DNA of 16,152 nucleotides, from positions 1 through 16,152 of the forward strand of contig JBFMGU010000244.1 of NCBI GenBank assembly GCA_040752415.1. Direction: 5' to 3'. Made by a program: the position numbers and the translations under genes. This document shows positions 15,570 to 16,152 of this stretch, one piece after another (position 1 is the first letter of the stretch; the number at the start of each line of letters is the position of its first letter). The notes beneath the pieces are model-generated. The model was not told the DNA's origin. It saw only the letters and a list, made by a program, of their open reading frames with translations, and did not search any database. Source of the DNA: Myxococcota bacterium. Its GTDB lineage: Bacteria > Myxococcota > JACRCW01.

Positions 15570-16031
15570 ATGACGACGTGGGCAGCGGGGCGACACGGGG
15601 GCAGGACCATCTTCCGCGGAACGAATCTGAGCCAGCGTACCGCGCGTCGGGCGTTGGCCGGGCGCACCGCGCTGGTGGTGGATGATGATCCCGACGCGCG
15701 AGAGATGCTGCGTGAGCTGCTGGAGGCGCAGGGGATGGTGGTCATCACCGCGCACCATGGCTGGGCCGCGCTGCGCGAGCTGCGGAGCACGCGGGTGGAC
15801 GTCATCGTGCTGGACCTGCTCATGCCCATCGTCGACGGGTGGGCGTTCCGTCGTGCGCAGCTCCGGGATGCCAACCTGGCGACGATCCCCGTGGTGGTGT
15901 TGAGCGCCGCCGCCGGTGCCGGCGCGCCCATCTCCGCCAGCGCGGACCTGGAGAAACCGGTGGCGTTTGAAGAGCTCCTGGATGCCCTGGAGGAAGCCCT
16001 CCTGCAGGGTGCGCCCGCTCCCACGACGTAA
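15570..16031 (+). CDS. Single-domain response regulator (CheY-like receiver)
   Basis: LVVDDDPD, phospho-acceptor DLLMP, VVLS, EKP; exact start uncertain. Confidence 0.85.
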   Translation: MTTWAAGRHGGRTIFRGTNLSQRTARRALAGRTALVVDDDPDAREMLRELLEAQGMVVITAHHGWAALRELRSTRVDVIVLDLLMPIVDGWAFRRAQLRDANLATIPVVVLSAAAGAGAPISASADLEKPVAFEELLDALEEALLQGAPAPTT

Positions 16032-16152
16032 GGGGCTGCGTCTAAACAAGATTGCCCATTCCGTCGTGGCGGGCGAACACCTAACCCCCCACGTTCATGC
16101 CGTTGCGCCCGCTCGCCCCCCTTCCCCACACCCGCTCACCGTCGTCAACCAT

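Overview
GC-rich window with gene content typical of Myxococcota (inference from gene families). The left 4 kb is a minus-strand, self-contained type III secretion (injectisome)-like module. Its order is SctE-like co-chaperone (3525-3920), needle/filament SctF-like subunit (2902-3405), TPR chaperone (2375-2794), 129-aa unknown protein (1944-2333), FliA/sigma28-family sigma factor (1019-1924) and SctI/HrpB2-like inner-rod protein (415-921), closed by an intrinsic terminator. The needle-like and rod-like genes each have the same sigma28-geometry promoter motif (CAACTGCC-N10-TGCGATA) about 51-52 nt upstream of the start. This suggests the embedded sigma factor drives the polymerising subunits. 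The rest of the window holds a large Cys-repeat surface lipoprotein (4077-6863), selB, a zinc-ribbon/TM/TPR protein coupled to a membrane protein, and a sigma54-driven 67-aa small ORF. It ends with a hypothetical protein plus Smr-domain protein, a secreted DUF4412-like protein, an HdeD-family membrane protein whose RBS lies in a stem, and a single-domain response regulator. No rRNA, tRNA, CRISPR array or mobile element was seen.
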